Shown here piece by piece: positions 1-9,354 of a DNA stretch of 62,943 nucleotides. This DNA is from Pseudomonadota bacterium (GTDB lineage: Bacteria > Bdellovibrionota > Bdellovibrionia > Bdellovibrionales > SG-bin7), in the NCBI GenBank assembly GCA_034439715.1, contig JAWXAY010000035.1:1-62943 (forward strand), written 5' to 3'. Within the stretch, counting starts at the first letter, position 1, and every line of letters begins with the position of its first letter. A program made the position numbers and the translations under genes. The notes beneath the pieces were generated by a model. That model did no database searches. It worked only from the letters and a program-made list of their open reading frames with translations, and was not told the origin of the DNA.

Positions 1-111
1 GATTTTGAATATGTACGCAACTACATCATCAAAAACACACACGAGACCTTGGGACTCATTTCTTACCAAAGAGATAGAGCAAAGAAAATAATTAAAAGAT
101 ATCCTGTCTAA
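1..111 (+). CDS. 3' fragment of a probable Y1/HUH (IS200/RAYT-like) transposase
   Basis: Frame 1 reads DFEYVRNYIIKNTHETLGLISYQRDRAKKIIKRYPV* (stop TAA 109-111). The YIxxN helix resembles the catalytic Tyr helix of Y1 transposases. A GC hairpin follows. Truncated by the window edge. Confidence 0.4.
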   Translation, partial: DFEYVRNYIIKNTHETLGLISYQRDRAKKIIKRYPV

Positions 112-140
112 TGGGGCCACCTGCCCCAACCCCCATGTTG
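112..140. repeat. Short GC hairpins after the transposase-like fragment
   Basis: TGGGGC-cacct-GCCCCA (112-128) and overlapping CCAAC-cccat-GTTGG (126-140). Confidence 0.4.
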
Positions 141-165
141 GACGACTGAATAACTAGTTATTTTT

Positions 166-948
166 CTAATTTAACTCAATAACCTTAAATGACTTGGGCT
201 TTTTGATTACAAATGTTTTTGGGTCCAATAAGTCGTCTGGCGAAAAGTCATTGAAATTTATTGTGAACTGAAAATCCACAGTGTCCAATTGGACAATGCG
301 CTTTATATCTTTTCGATTTTCCCATTTAATAATAAAATTTTCTTTAGGACCAACACATCTCTTCATTTTATCCCCATCTTCGGTACATGCCCATTTTTCG
401 TCGCTGGGAGTAGATTCAAATAGGACCGAAAAAATTAAGTGTGGATCAAACTCAAAACCAAGCGCTTCTTTCATTATATTTGGCATTATATTTGGCTTTA
501 TACCTGTAGTTATTTTCGAATTCGTTACTGGAGTGGACTTTCCCACGTAGATTTTTTTTTGTCGAATAAGAACTGCCTCTATCTTATTGTTATCCAAAAC
601 AATGCTCGCTACTGGCGTTCCCATCATAGCTGAAACATCGAGGCGTACTTGTTTCTCTCTTTTAGCTCTAAAAATCAAGTCAACGGTCTGGGCCTTCCCG
701 GTTTTATTTTCGATAATTTTAGCTGATGATGACCACTTTCCACTAGAGACCTCCAACCAATTAAATGATTTTTTTTCGACAGAGGTACAGCCCGCCATTA
801 ACACAAAGATATTTAGGAATAGTGCTAAAACAAATATGCCGCTATTTTTTTGCGGGTTTAGATGAGGCCGGATTTCTTGGCTGACTTTTGATGGGGTGGT
901 CTTCTGTTGCTGTAATTTTTGAACGCAACTTAAGCAAAATCTGTTCAT
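166..948 (-). CDS. LolB-like/DUF4292-like outer-membrane lipoprotein (true start probably near 840-810)
   Basis: Hydrophobic stretch and lipobox (VLMAGC), RLDV.A.MGTPVA strand pattern, directly downstream of a TPR lipoprotein as in TPR-lolB gene pairs. Confidence 0.55.
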   Translation of the reverse strand: MNRFCLSCVQKLQQQKTTPSKVSQEIRPHLNPQKNSGIFVLALFLNIFVLMAGCTSVEKKSFNWLEVSSGKWSSSAKIIENKTGKAQTVDLIFRAKREKQVRLDVSAMMGTPVASIVLDNNKIEAVLIRQKKIYVGKSTPVTNSKITTGIKPNIMPNIMKEALGFEFDPHLIFSVLFESTPSDEKWACTEDGDKMKRCVGPKENFIIKWENRKDIKRIVQLDTVDFQFTINFNDFSPDDLLDPKTFVIKKPKSFKVIELN

Positions 949-2677
949 CTTTTTCTAGCTCCAGAGCACGTCTATACATTTTCTGTGCCTTTTGTGGCAT
1001 TTGATTTTTATAGTACGCATCTCCTAGGTGTTCGGCAATAATACTTTCATCGTTCTTTACTTCATAGGCCTTTTCGAGAGTCTGAATAGATTCTACAATC
1101 TTGTCTTGTTTAAATAAGATCCAACCTAGCGTGTCCATGATGTAACCATCTTTAGGTTCCAAAGTTAAGGCTTTGCGAATTAGCTTTTCGGCCTCGTCTA
1201 GCTTACTGTTCTGCTCCGCATAAGTGTAAGCAATATAGTTTAGTGCCTGGGCGTGATCAGGGTTGATTTCTAACACCTTTATCATCTGTTCAACCGTTTT
1301 TTCAGATTTTCCGATCTTGTCATAAATGGAACCCAAAACAAATCGCATCTCTGCATTCTCCGGAAATTTTTCAATGGAGTCTTGTACTATCTCAATGGCC
1401 TCAGAGTATCTTTTGTTTTCACTCAATAGAGACGCCATTGACGTATAAAGCTGTGGAATATCTTTTCGATAGGTTAGCCCCTCAGCCAACGTAGCAATTG
1501 CTTTTTCCATTTGGTTCATTTGTTTATAAGTATGTGCCGCTAAGACAATTGATTGAAAATAGTATTGGCTCGTTGGACCGATCTGTAAAAATGCCTTGGC
1601 CGCAAACTCGAGACTGCCTTTCTCTAAATAGACGGCTCCTAAAAAGTAGCGGACTCGGTCAGAATCGGGCGCCCGATTTAATAGATTTTCAAGTTGAGAA
1701 ATGGCCTCATCGTACTTTTTCATGCTGTATAAAAGATGAGCCATCTTTAACATGACGTTTAGATCATCGGGATCAGACTGAGAGCTTATTTCATACTGCT
1801 GATAAGCTAACTCGTATTTTTCTTGTTTGAGGTAAAACGGCGCGAGCGCTTCAGCCACGCTAGTGCTCGGCCCATGCTTGTCCTGAAAGCTGGCTAAAAG
1901 TTCAACGGCCTTTTCGATTTTTTCTTGATGTTCGTAAACACCAGCTAATACGACAGCCGCATCCGAAAAATCCGGCTTGATTTGTAACCCTTTTATTAAT
2001 GCTTTTTCAGCTTGCTGATATGACTTGTCGGTATTCTGTTGAATTCTGATTCGGCCAATATAATACCAGGCCAAAAAAGGCGAAGTAAATTTTTTATTGG
2101 CAGAAAGATGTTCAAAATAAGTGACGGCCTCGTCAAACTTACCTTCTTCGGCCAGCAAGGCGCCAACATAGAGCTGAGCATCCGCATTTTCAGGGTCTGT
2201 TTTCAATACTTCCTGGTATTGGGCGCTCGCCTTATCAAACATTTTCATTGAGGAATAGAGTGCACCCAACAAAAATCTCTGCTCGGGCATGGTCGGAGCC
2301 AGCCTAACGGATTCCTCGGCCTGCTCGATAGCCTCAGAGACCAAACCTACGCGCACATATTCTTTGGCTAACCTAAAATGAACGGTTCCGGAGTCCTTGT
2401 CATAAACCAAAGTATGCTTGTATTCTTCGATTGCCTTTTCGGGCTGACTTTCATGAGAATACGACTCTGCCAATGTGAAATGATAGTCGGCTAATGATCT
2501 GCGATTTAGCGGATCCTCCTCTGAGGAGTTCCACTGTTCCGGCGAGCTAGGTCGACCTGAATTAGAAAAATCGAGTGCAGAACTTTTGTAGTTTCCTTTT
2601 GAGTCATCAGAATCAAACGTTGAGCAGGCAGTAAAAAATAACGCGCCCGTGATCAAGATAAGTTTTGCTAACTCCAT
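842..2677 (-). CDS. TPR-repeat lipoprotein
   Basis: Lipobox FFTAC, many TPR motifs, typical C-terminal ALNYIAYTYA...YIMDTLGW...EHLGDAY. Confidence 0.9.
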   Translation of the reverse strand: MELAKLILITGALFFTACSTFDSDDSKGNYKSSALDFSNSGRPSSPEQWNSSEEDPLNRRSLADYHFTLAESYSHESQPEKAIEEYKHTLVYDKDSGTVHFRLAKEYVRVGLVSEAIEQAEESVRLAPTMPEQRFLLGALYSSMKMFDKASAQYQEVLKTDPENADAQLYVGALLAEEGKFDEAVTYFEHLSANKKFTSPFLAWYYIGRIRIQQNTDKSYQQAEKALIKGLQIKPDFSDAAVVLAGVYEHQEKIEKAVELLASFQDKHGPSTSVAEALAPFYLKQEKYELAYQQYEISSQSDPDDLNVMLKMAHLLYSMKKYDEAISQLENLLNRAPDSDRVRYFLGAVYLEKGSLEFAAKAFLQIGPTSQYYFQSIVLAAHTYKQMNQMEKAIATLAEGLTYRKDIPQLYTSMASLLSENKRYSEAIEIVQDSIEKFPENAEMRFVLGSIYDKIGKSEKTVEQMIKVLEINPDHAQALNYIAYTYAEQNSKLDEAEKLIRKALTLEPKDGYIMDTLGWILFKQDKIVESIQTLEKAYEVKNDESIIAEHLGDAYYKNQMPQKAQKMYRRALELEKDEQILLKLRSKITATEDHPIKSQPRNPASSKPAKK

Positions 2678-2712
2678 TTTGCCTGCCCTTTAGAGGAAAT
2701 TCCTTAAATTAC

Positions 2713-2740
2713 CTATCGGCGCAGGTACTCTAGTTCTAAA
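2713..2740 (-). promoter_or_regulatory. sigma28 (FliA)-type promoter of the TPR lipoprotein gene
   Basis: Minus strand TTTAG-N15-GCCGATAG versus consensus TAAA-N15-GCCGATAA. Confidence 0.65.
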
Positions 2741-2773
2741 AGATTTTCGAGAAATTTGGACTCCTTAGGCCCT

Positions 2774-3313
2774 CTACAGCTTATCCAAAGTATCAAGGGC
2801 TCTTATGAATCCTGCATCATCGCCCAAAAACACACTCAAGGGATTCTGAGTAACTGTAATGGCCTCACTAAAGTCTGTCTCATTATGAGAATTTTCGCCC
2901 TCAGACCAAACGGCAACTTTTTTCGCCTCTCCACTTTCGTCGCGAAAAACTTTGTAGCGATAGGGTTTGCCCCAGGGGTCATTCCCCAAAGTTCCCTCAT
3001 CCTTCCAGACGGAGACAGCTACATTATTTGTCGTTTTCTTTGAAGACTCCGAACCACCCAATGTGGCGGCAGGATATCGAGTCAATCTAGCTTGCTTCTT
3101 CGAGCTTGAATTCTTGGCTACAGAGGCGGCCTCGGTCAGATAAGCGATCTGGGTAGATAAGCGATCAGTTTCCTTCTTGGCCCAAAGCTGCTCGGTAGAG
3201 TGGCTAAAGTGCCTAATAGTGATGCTGGACACTAAGTATGCAGAAATAACAAAAAATCCAATCGAAGCAATGATTTCTGTGCTTTTCATGCTATTATCTT
3301 GAGCATTTGACAT
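2774..3313 (-). CDS. GspG-like (T2SS protein G C-terminal domain) membrane protein
   Basis: N-terminal TM helix; DPWGKPYRY...VWSEGEN...DD motif. Confidence 0.65.
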   Translation of the reverse strand: MSNAQDNSMKSTEIIASIGFFVISAYLVSSITIRHFSHSTEQLWAKKETDRLSTQIAYLTEAASVAKNSSSKKQARLTRYPAATLGGSESSKKTTNNVAVSVWKDEGTLGNDPWGKPYRYKVFRDESGEAKKVAVWSEGENSHNETDFSEAITVTQNPLSVFLGDDAGFIRALDTLDKL

Positions 3314-3353
3314 CTGAGCCTCGTTAGGAATTTTATAAGACTTCCTAACTAGA

Positions 3354-3380
3354 CTATCGGCTAGACCTGTAAAAACTTTA
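3354..3380 (-). promoter_or_regulatory. sigma28-type promoter of the GspG-like gene
   Basis: TAAA-N15-GCCGATAG, near-perfect consensus. Confidence 0.75.
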
Positions 3381-3494
3381 TAAGTTTAGTGAATTAATTA
3401 ACCGTTGCTGTTTCTTAAAGTGTCATTTATATCGAGATCTTAGCACGTTGTGTCTATAATTTTTGCATTTCAACAAACTTTGATTTTGTGCCTC

Positions 3495-3524
3495 TTGACA
3501 GGCCGTGGCGTTAAGGGATATTGT
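3495..3524 (+). promoter_or_regulatory. sigma70-type promoter of the PhaR-like gene
   Basis: TTGACA-N18-TATTGT. Confidence 0.5.
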
Positions 3525-3575
3525 CTCGGCGAACGTAACCCGGTTTAAGGCTATAAAAAATAAGGGAGATTTCAA

Positions 3576-4121
3576 ATGGGGGGAAATGTGGTGCAAACAC
3601 AAGGCATAACAGCCACAACACCTAATAAAGTGAGTGGTAAAACGAAGATAATTAAACGTTATCAAAATCGTAAGCTGTATGACACTCAACAAAGTTGCTA
3701 TGTAACTCTTGATGATATCGCGAAAATGATTCGTAGCAATGAAGAAGTTATGGTGATTGATAACAAAACAAAAAACGACATAACGGCGGCCACTCTTACG
3801 CAAATTATTTTTGAAGCAGAAAAGAAAGCATCGCAATATGCTCCTTTGTTCACACTTCGTGAAATAATTCAAAATGGTAACGGCAGCATCTCTGGCTACT
3901 TGGCAAAGCTTGGCGCATTCCCAAAGGAATACATGAGCAAACCTCAGGTCTTCAAAGAGCCCGTTATGGAATCTCAGAAGCCTGCGTTTGAAGACGTACA
4001 ACAGAGCCTCGAGAACCGCGTAGCAAATGCGGCTGAAAGAACAGCATCTGAGTTAAGCGCTGGTTATAAAGAAGAAGAAACGCCCAGCCTACCTAACTCA
4101 AATAAAAGCTTAGATAATTAA
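3576..4121 (+). CDS. PhaR-family DNA-binding domain protein
   Basis: IKRYQNRKLYDTQQSCYVTL..I..M...E..V.D.KT..DIT...L.QII is the PHA-regulator N-terminal signature; SD GGGAG. Confidence 0.85.
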   Translation: MGGNVVQTQGITATTPNKVSGKTKIIKRYQNRKLYDTQQSCYVTLDDIAKMIRSNEEVMVIDNKTKNDITAATLTQIIFEAEKKASQYAPLFTLREIIQNGNGSISGYLAKLGAFPKEYMSKPQVFKEPVMESQKPAFEDVQQSLENRVANAAERTASELSAGYKEEETPSLPNSNKSLDN

Positions 4122-4177
4122 TCTAATAATTAATCTAAATATTTATTACCTCTCTGAGTTAGAACTTTCAAAACTTT

Positions 4178-4209
4178 AAAACCCTTGGTAACTTTATCAA
4201 GGGTTTTTT
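4178..4209 (+). terminator. Intrinsic terminator (possibly bidirectional)
   Basis: AAAACCCTTG-N10-CAAGGGTTTT followed by T run. Confidence 0.7.
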
Positions 4210-4228
4210 ATTTTCAGGAGGTCGCTCA

Positions 4229-4828
4229 ATGCTGAATTTTTTTAAGACTATATTGGCTCTCAGTGTTCTCTTTTTGTCGATAGGCGCCAATGCAATTGAT
4301 CAGGGCGACTTCCGGTTGTCCGGTCTAGTTGGAAACACGTCGTTACTGGGAGACGTCGGCAATGGCGGCCAAAATGCAATTGGCTACGGCGGGGGATTTT
4401 CGTACCTAATAGCAGATGATATGGCCTTCAATATTCTGTACTCAGAAAGCTCACACAAAAACGACGTAAATCACTCGGATCTCTCTTTAGGAGTAGACTA
4501 TTACACTGGCGGCGATGACATTATGGCGATTTATATTTCTGGTGGACTTGGATTTTTATCCAACAAAATTGAAGCTGTAAAAGTTGCAGCTCTTACCGGA
4601 TCTTCTGTTGCTTCAGTCAGCGATGTCACTGGTAGCGGTATGGCTATTTTCTTGGGTACTGGTGTTGATTTCGCAGTGGGAAAAGCCATGAATTTTGGAA
4701 TGCGCTTTAAATATAATAAGGCGTTCGAAGCTACTGAAACCGTTAACAACGTTGAAATCAAAACAATGCAGGACTCCGTTGATGTTTTAGCTGTTATCTC
4801 TTTTGTAATGCCAAGCAAGGGTTGGTAA
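4229..4828 (+). CDS. Outer-membrane beta-barrel protein (OmpW/OmpA-like 8-strand)
   Basis: Signal peptide (ANA), alternating strands such as LGVDYY, YISGGLG and GTGVDF; SD AGGAGG. Confidence 0.75.
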   Translation: MLNFFKTILALSVLFLSIGANAIDQGDFRLSGLVGNTSLLGDVGNGGQNAIGYGGGFSYLIADDMAFNILYSESSHKNDVNHSDLSLGVDYYTGGDDIMAIYISGGLGFLSNKIEAVKVAALTGSSVASVSDVTGSGMAIFLGTGVDFAVGKAMNFGMRFKYNKAFEATETVNNVEIKTMQDSVDVLAVISFVMPSKGW

Positions 4829-4838
4829 ACCTACAAAC

Positions 4839-6068
4839 CTATTGAAGCGAGCGCCATACGACAAACGAAGCTTTGCGTGGCTTCACTAAAACTGCTTGAG
4901 TGTCCATGCTTTCGCCCGTGGGACTACCGCTCGAATCAAGTCCATCTGCTGAAACCTGATATTCACCAGCAGGCAGCCGCAGCCGCGAAACTTGCAGAGT
5001 TTCGGGTAACATTGACCAATGCCGAGTATCGGCTTGGTCGGAAATATGCATTACCAAATAGGCAACATCCCCTAGCGCTCCATTTTTTTGCCGAATTTGA
5101 TCGGCAACTACTTCTTTAGCTACCAAGCCGGCAATTCTTTTTGCGATTAACCCACCGATTTGATCATTAAATGACTTAATGCTGGTTTCACTAATGTCGT
5201 AGATTTCTTCAGTGGGAACAAAAGCTTGTCCCTCAATCTTTAAGTTGGCTGCTTTGGTGCGAGAGTATTGTTGATAAAGTCTTGGAAATCTAGGATGGAT
5301 TGGGTCGGGACGCTTAACTGGTCCCCACCCCTGTTGAAAAATCAATACAATCTCACCATATTTTTTATCATCCCAATTATTTTTATACTCTACTGCAGGA
5401 AACTGTTTTTTCCACTTGGCGAAATCTTCCATTCGATTGGCCTTTTTAGCTACACGAATCAAGTCCGCTCTTAACATCGGAATATTCGGATTCAATTTAT
5501 AACACTCTAGATAATCAATGTAGGCGTCGTCCCACTTCCCGTTTGATTCCCACGCCATAGCAGAAAGATACCGCGCAAAAGCATTTTGTTCATAGGGCAG
5601 TTTGGCTTCGTTTTTATATTTAATAAGCTTTTCATTGAGTCTTCGGGCTTCAACTAAGGCGCTTTCAAGATCATTTAACATGAGATAATTGGTTGCCGCG
5701 AAAGCATTAATTAAGACTTTTTCGTAGTCCTCTCCCTTGTATTGAACCATCTTTTCGCTAAATAAGAGAGAACTCGTTATGTTGCTAACACTATGATAGT
5801 CCTGAATTTCTGACATGCGATCGGCCATGAGAAACATCTTATTACTTTCATCATACTGGGCAGCAAGTTGTAGGGCCGTTGCATACTCTAAAAGGAAAAC
5901 CAGCTGGTTGTCGTCTTCTTTCATTGCCATTGGCTTTAGGAGCTCAGCGGCCTTAGTAAAGTTTTTGTTAACCAGATTCTTTCGTGCCTCACCCACTAAC
6001 ATTTGGTGGGTGGCACAAGAGACTTGGAATACTAGAAAAAATAATAAGAATGAACTTTTAAGAATCAC
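4839..6068 (-). CDS. COG3014-family lipoprotein
   Basis: Lipobox QVSC; YKGEDYEKVL, ALVEARR and ADTRHWSMLP motifs; adjacent to lpoB. Confidence 0.8.
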   Translation of the reverse strand: MILKSSFLLFFLVFQVSCATHQMLVGEARKNLVNKNFTKAAELLKPMAMKEDDNQLVFLLEYATALQLAAQYDESNKMFLMADRMSEIQDYHSVSNITSSLLFSEKMVQYKGEDYEKVLINAFAATNYLMLNDLESALVEARRLNEKLIKYKNEAKLPYEQNAFARYLSAMAWESNGKWDDAYIDYLECYKLNPNIPMLRADLIRVAKKANRMEDFAKWKKQFPAVEYKNNWDDKKYGEIVLIFQQGWGPVKRPDPIHPRFPRLYQQYSRTKAANLKIEGQAFVPTEEIYDISETSIKSFNDQIGGLIAKRIAGLVAKEVVADQIRQKNGALGDVAYLVMHISDQADTRHWSMLPETLQVSRLRLPAGEYQVSADGLDSSGSPTGESMDTQAVLVKPRKASFVVWRSLQ

Positions 6069-6078
6069 CTAAGTAGTC

Positions 6079-6696
6079 TTATAAACCTATGCGACGTTTT
6101 TTAAATGATTTTCTAAGTTGCTTTTGGTTTGTCCACTCGATCAGATTCGTTCTAAGGTTAGTTAAATTCAGTGTCACTTTATAATAAACCGTTTTGTCTT
6201 TTCCGATTTCTTGAACAATGGAATCTAATCTCCCGTTAATTATATAATCGGCACCGATTTGGCCACCCTTTTTTTTCTGTGAAGCGGCGTCGACCATACC
6301 TGAATCCTGATACTCAAGTTCGGTAGAAACATCATCACGCGCCTCTTTGTCGACAAAAGCCACGCGGCCTGAGTTTGTTAATTCCACTCGAACCATATCC
6401 ATAACTGATTGAGTATCAATGTGCTCGCTGGTTTTGTTTTCGAGTTTGGTAACCATGATGACCGGAGGGCGCGGTGCTGCGGCGATTGCTCGGTGCCCGA
6501 CCAAGTTTCCAACCAAGTCGTGAACAGCTTTTTGCATATCTGTTTCGGACCATTGGTCGTTAAGGGTATTTTCTTTTTCAACGTTTTCATCGTAATCCCC
6601 TTTTGTAAAAGCTTTGGGGCCACAAGATGTCAGCGTTAAAGTTATTGCTATCAAAACAAATATGGCGAGTGAAGACTTAATCAATCTAGAAATCAT
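6079..6696 (-). CDS. lpoB: Penicillin-binding protein activator LpoB family lipoprotein
   Basis: Lipobox LTSC; WSETD, NKTSEHIDT and GADYIINGRL motifs. Confidence 0.8.
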   Translation of the reverse strand: MISRLIKSSLAIFVLIAITLTLTSCGPKAFTKGDYDENVEKENTLNDQWSETDMQKAVHDLVGNLVGHRAIAAAPRPPVIMVTKLENKTSEHIDTQSVMDMVRVELTNSGRVAFVDKEARDDVSTELEYQDSGMVDAASQKKKGGQIGADYIINGRLDSIVQEIGKDKTVYYKVTLNLTNLRTNLIEWTNQKQLRKSFKKRRIGL

Positions 6697-6771
6697 GTGG
6701 TTCTCCTAAAAAAATTGAAATTAAATTGTACTTATATAAGGGCTGCTCGTCACTATTTTGACGCGCGTAGG

Positions 6772-7320
6772 TTATTGTCTTATTTTTTTTACTGATTTTA
6801 CTTTCAGATTTTGATCAACCTGGACCTCGAATCCATTTCTGCGGGCGTTTTCGATAAACTGCGCGATAAAGCCTTCTCGTTCTTGCTGGGCCCTATAGAG
6901 TTCATCTTGTTTAAGCTTTAACTGATACTGGACATACTCTTCTGGCGTCATGTTACTAGTTGAGATTGCCTCAATACTCCACTTGTCTTCAGTTTCTAGG
7001 TCGCCCCCCGAGTATTCGTTAACTGGCCGCGAGGGAACTGCGCCTTGCGAGGGAACTTCGGCGGCTGGGTTAGTTCTACCAAAATCATTTTTAGCGCGAA
7101 TTTCTTCAAGCTGTTTTCTGTTGTAGGCGTCTTTTAAATAGCGATTAACTCTTTCTTCATTGAGGCGACGCACGCTGGCCTGATCTGAACTTTCAATTCC
7201 GTTAACGGCAACAGTCTTTTTTTTAGACAAAGAGACAAGCAATAGGCTTAACCCAATAATCAAAAAAATATAGGGTAGAAAACCAGTCAACGACTCATAA
7301 GTCTTTTGCTTACTGCTCAT
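6772..7320 (-). CDS. Hypothetical single-pass membrane protein
   Basis: 182-aa ORF with an N-terminal TM helix and a charged helical body. Confidence 0.75.
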   Translation of the reverse strand: MSSKQKTYESLTGFLPYIFLIIGLSLLLVSLSKKKTVAVNGIESSDQASVRRLNEERVNRYLKDAYNRKQLEEIRAKNDFGRTNPAAEVPSQGAVPSRPVNEYSGGDLETEDKWSIEAISTSNMTPEEYVQYQLKLKQDELYRAQQEREGFIAQFIENARRNGFEVQVDQNLKVKSVKKIRQ

Positions 7321-7327
7321 GAAAATC

Positions 7328-7355
7328 CTATCGGACGTCTGGCGTTAGGCCATTA
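7328..7355 (-). promoter_or_regulatory. sigma28-type promoter (near-leaderless)
   Basis: TAATG-N15-TCCGATAG ending 7 nt before the ATG at 7320. Confidence 0.5.
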
Positions 7356-7382
7356 GTACCCACTATGTCTCAAAATAAGAAT

Positions 7383-9326
7383 TTATTGCTTAATTCTGAT
7401 TTCCTTGGCGCGAGCATCAGGCGGACCTAATGCTGGAATCTGAATAGTAAATTCTGACCCTTTGCCTGGCTGAGATTTTACCAAAATATTTCCGCCATGT
7501 TTTTGTACGATTCCATAAGAAATACTCATGCCTAACCCGGTACCCTGCCCTACATTCTTCGTGGTAAAAAACGGATCAAATATCTTTTCAGAAGTTTCTT
7601 TACTCATTCCCTTTCCGTCATCCTTTATCAAAATATTTATCCAATCCTCTTTGCTCTTGCTCTCGATCGCGGTGCTAATTTCTATGTTTCCGTTGCCTTC
7701 GATTGCTTGCACGGCATTCGACAAGATGTTCATAAATACCTGATTGAGATTTCCTATATAACAGGGCACGAGGGGAAGCTTTCCATACTTCTTTGAAACC
7801 TGAATGCGACCTTTTAGCTCGCCTGAAAGTAACATCAGAGTATCATCGATGCTCTCATTGATGTCGGCCTCTTTAAGATTAGCCTCTTCGAGACGAGAAA
7901 AATTTCGCAGACCCAAAACTATATCTCGCGTTCGACGAGCCCCATCTTGACAGGATTTAATTAATTTTGGCAGGTCATTTTTGATATATTCAAAATCTTC
8001 TGTCTTCATTGTTTTTTCTAAATCGCCGGCATTGGTTAAAGCCAATCCAATAATTTTAACGAGGCGCTTAGAATAGTCATCTAGTTGTGTCAGATTTGAG
8101 TAAATAAATCCGATGGGATTATTGAGTTCATGAGCAATGCCGGCGACCAATTGACCGAGACTTGCCATTTTTGCAGAGTGAACTAAGTGGGATTGGGATT
8201 TTCTTATTTCGTTGTTTGCTGATTCTAATTCTTGAATTTTCTTTCTGAGATCATCCCGGGCTTCCTTAATTCGCAAAGACATCTCGTTGAAACTTTGACT
8301 GAGATAGCTCATCTCATTATCACCATGAACGGGCAAAGAAATTCCTTCTTCGCCCGAATTTAATCGCGTAATGCCGGCATAAAGATCTCTTAGCGGCCGA
8401 ACCACAACATTAGATGTGACCCAAGTTAAAATGACGACTAAAACAAGAACTGTCAGAAAGACTCCAATAAATGCAGTTTTAATATTTCTCAAAGTATCAT
8501 TAGCTTCAATTTTTGCCGCCGCCAGTAAAATAAAAAACTTTGAATCACCCCAGGCTATAGGGTGTACTAATATTCCATAGGGAAGGGAACGTACCTTTAT
8601 GTCGAAAAGCTTTCCGACAAAATCACCTTTAAGAGATTGAAAAAACCTCTGGGGATAAGAAAGCAAATCTTCATTGGTAGACGAAACGATTTTATAATCT
8701 GGAGACATCAAAGAAACATCAACATTAAGTCGAGCCTTAAAGGAGCTGAGAAAGTTTTTCTGAAAACTAAGCACTTGTTCAATATAGCCCATGCCTTTTC
8801 CACTTTTTGAAAAAACAGGGTAATACTGTATAAGCTCAAGACTTTCTTTTTTTGATTCAATCAATTTGGCCTTCGGATTGGCTTTTATTTTTTTTAAAAC
8901 CTCTTCGGCAACAAAAATTTGGTTTGGTCCCTCAAGATCATCCGCGACCTTTTTTTCTTCAGCCGTTTTATAGGCTGATGCAATTATCCTTCCATCGGAA
9001 TTAAGGATTGAAATTCGAGAGGCTACCGTAGACCCCAACCATTCAAGAACAAGTCTCTTAATTTCGCTTTGATTTGAATTAGAAAGGTAAAAACTGAGAG
9101 ATCGGTCTACCGAATATTTTTCGGCCTTTGCTACCAAATGGTTTTCAAATCCATTTAAGGTCAATTCTACATCTTTGGCGTTCCCGGTAATCCTCTGAAA
9201 GAGTTCACGGTCAAGAGCCACTCGAGATTTTTCTAAGGCAAATCCCGTCACAAATATAAGCGGCACCAACGAGAACAATAAAAACCAAAAGATCAGGCTG
9301 TTTCGGAGAGTTCCTCTAACTGGCAT
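7383..9326 (-). CDS. Membrane sensor histidine kinase (HAMP-HisKA-HATPase)
   Basis: Two TM helices, HAMP domain, H-box AHELNNP, N/G1/F/G2 boxes. Start ATG 9326 chosen for its GGGAG SD. Confidence 0.92.
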   Translation of the reverse strand: MPVRGTLRNSLIFWFLLFSLVPLIFVTGFALEKSRVALDRELFQRITGNAKDVELTLNGFENHLVAKAEKYSVDRSLSFYLSNSNQSEIKRLVLEWLGSTVASRISILNSDGRIIASAYKTAEEKKVADDLEGPNQIFVAEEVLKKIKANPKAKLIESKKESLELIQYYPVFSKSGKGMGYIEQVLSFQKNFLSSFKARLNVDVSLMSPDYKIVSSTNEDLLSYPQRFFQSLKGDFVGKLFDIKVRSLPYGILVHPIAWGDSKFFILLAAAKIEANDTLRNIKTAFIGVFLTVLVLVVILTWVTSNVVVRPLRDLYAGITRLNSGEEGISLPVHGDNEMSYLSQSFNEMSLRIKEARDDLRKKIQELESANNEIRKSQSHLVHSAKMASLGQLVAGIAHELNNPIGFIYSNLTQLDDYSKRLVKIIGLALTNAGDLEKTMKTEDFEYIKNDLPKLIKSCQDGARRTRDIVLGLRNFSRLEEANLKEADINESIDDTLMLLSGELKGRIQVSKKYGKLPLVPCYIGNLNQVFMNILSNAVQAIEGNGNIEISTAIESKSKEDWINILIKDDGKGMSKETSEKIFDPFFTTKNVGQGTGLGMSISYGIVQKHGGNILVKSQPGKGSEFTIQIPALGPPDARAKEIRIKQ

Positions 9327-9354
9327 GAGATTAATTCTCCCTAACACCATCTCC

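Noticed and set aside
3423..4001. 192-aa minus-strand ORF
   Set aside because: Antisense shadow of the PhaR-like gene, with no motifs.
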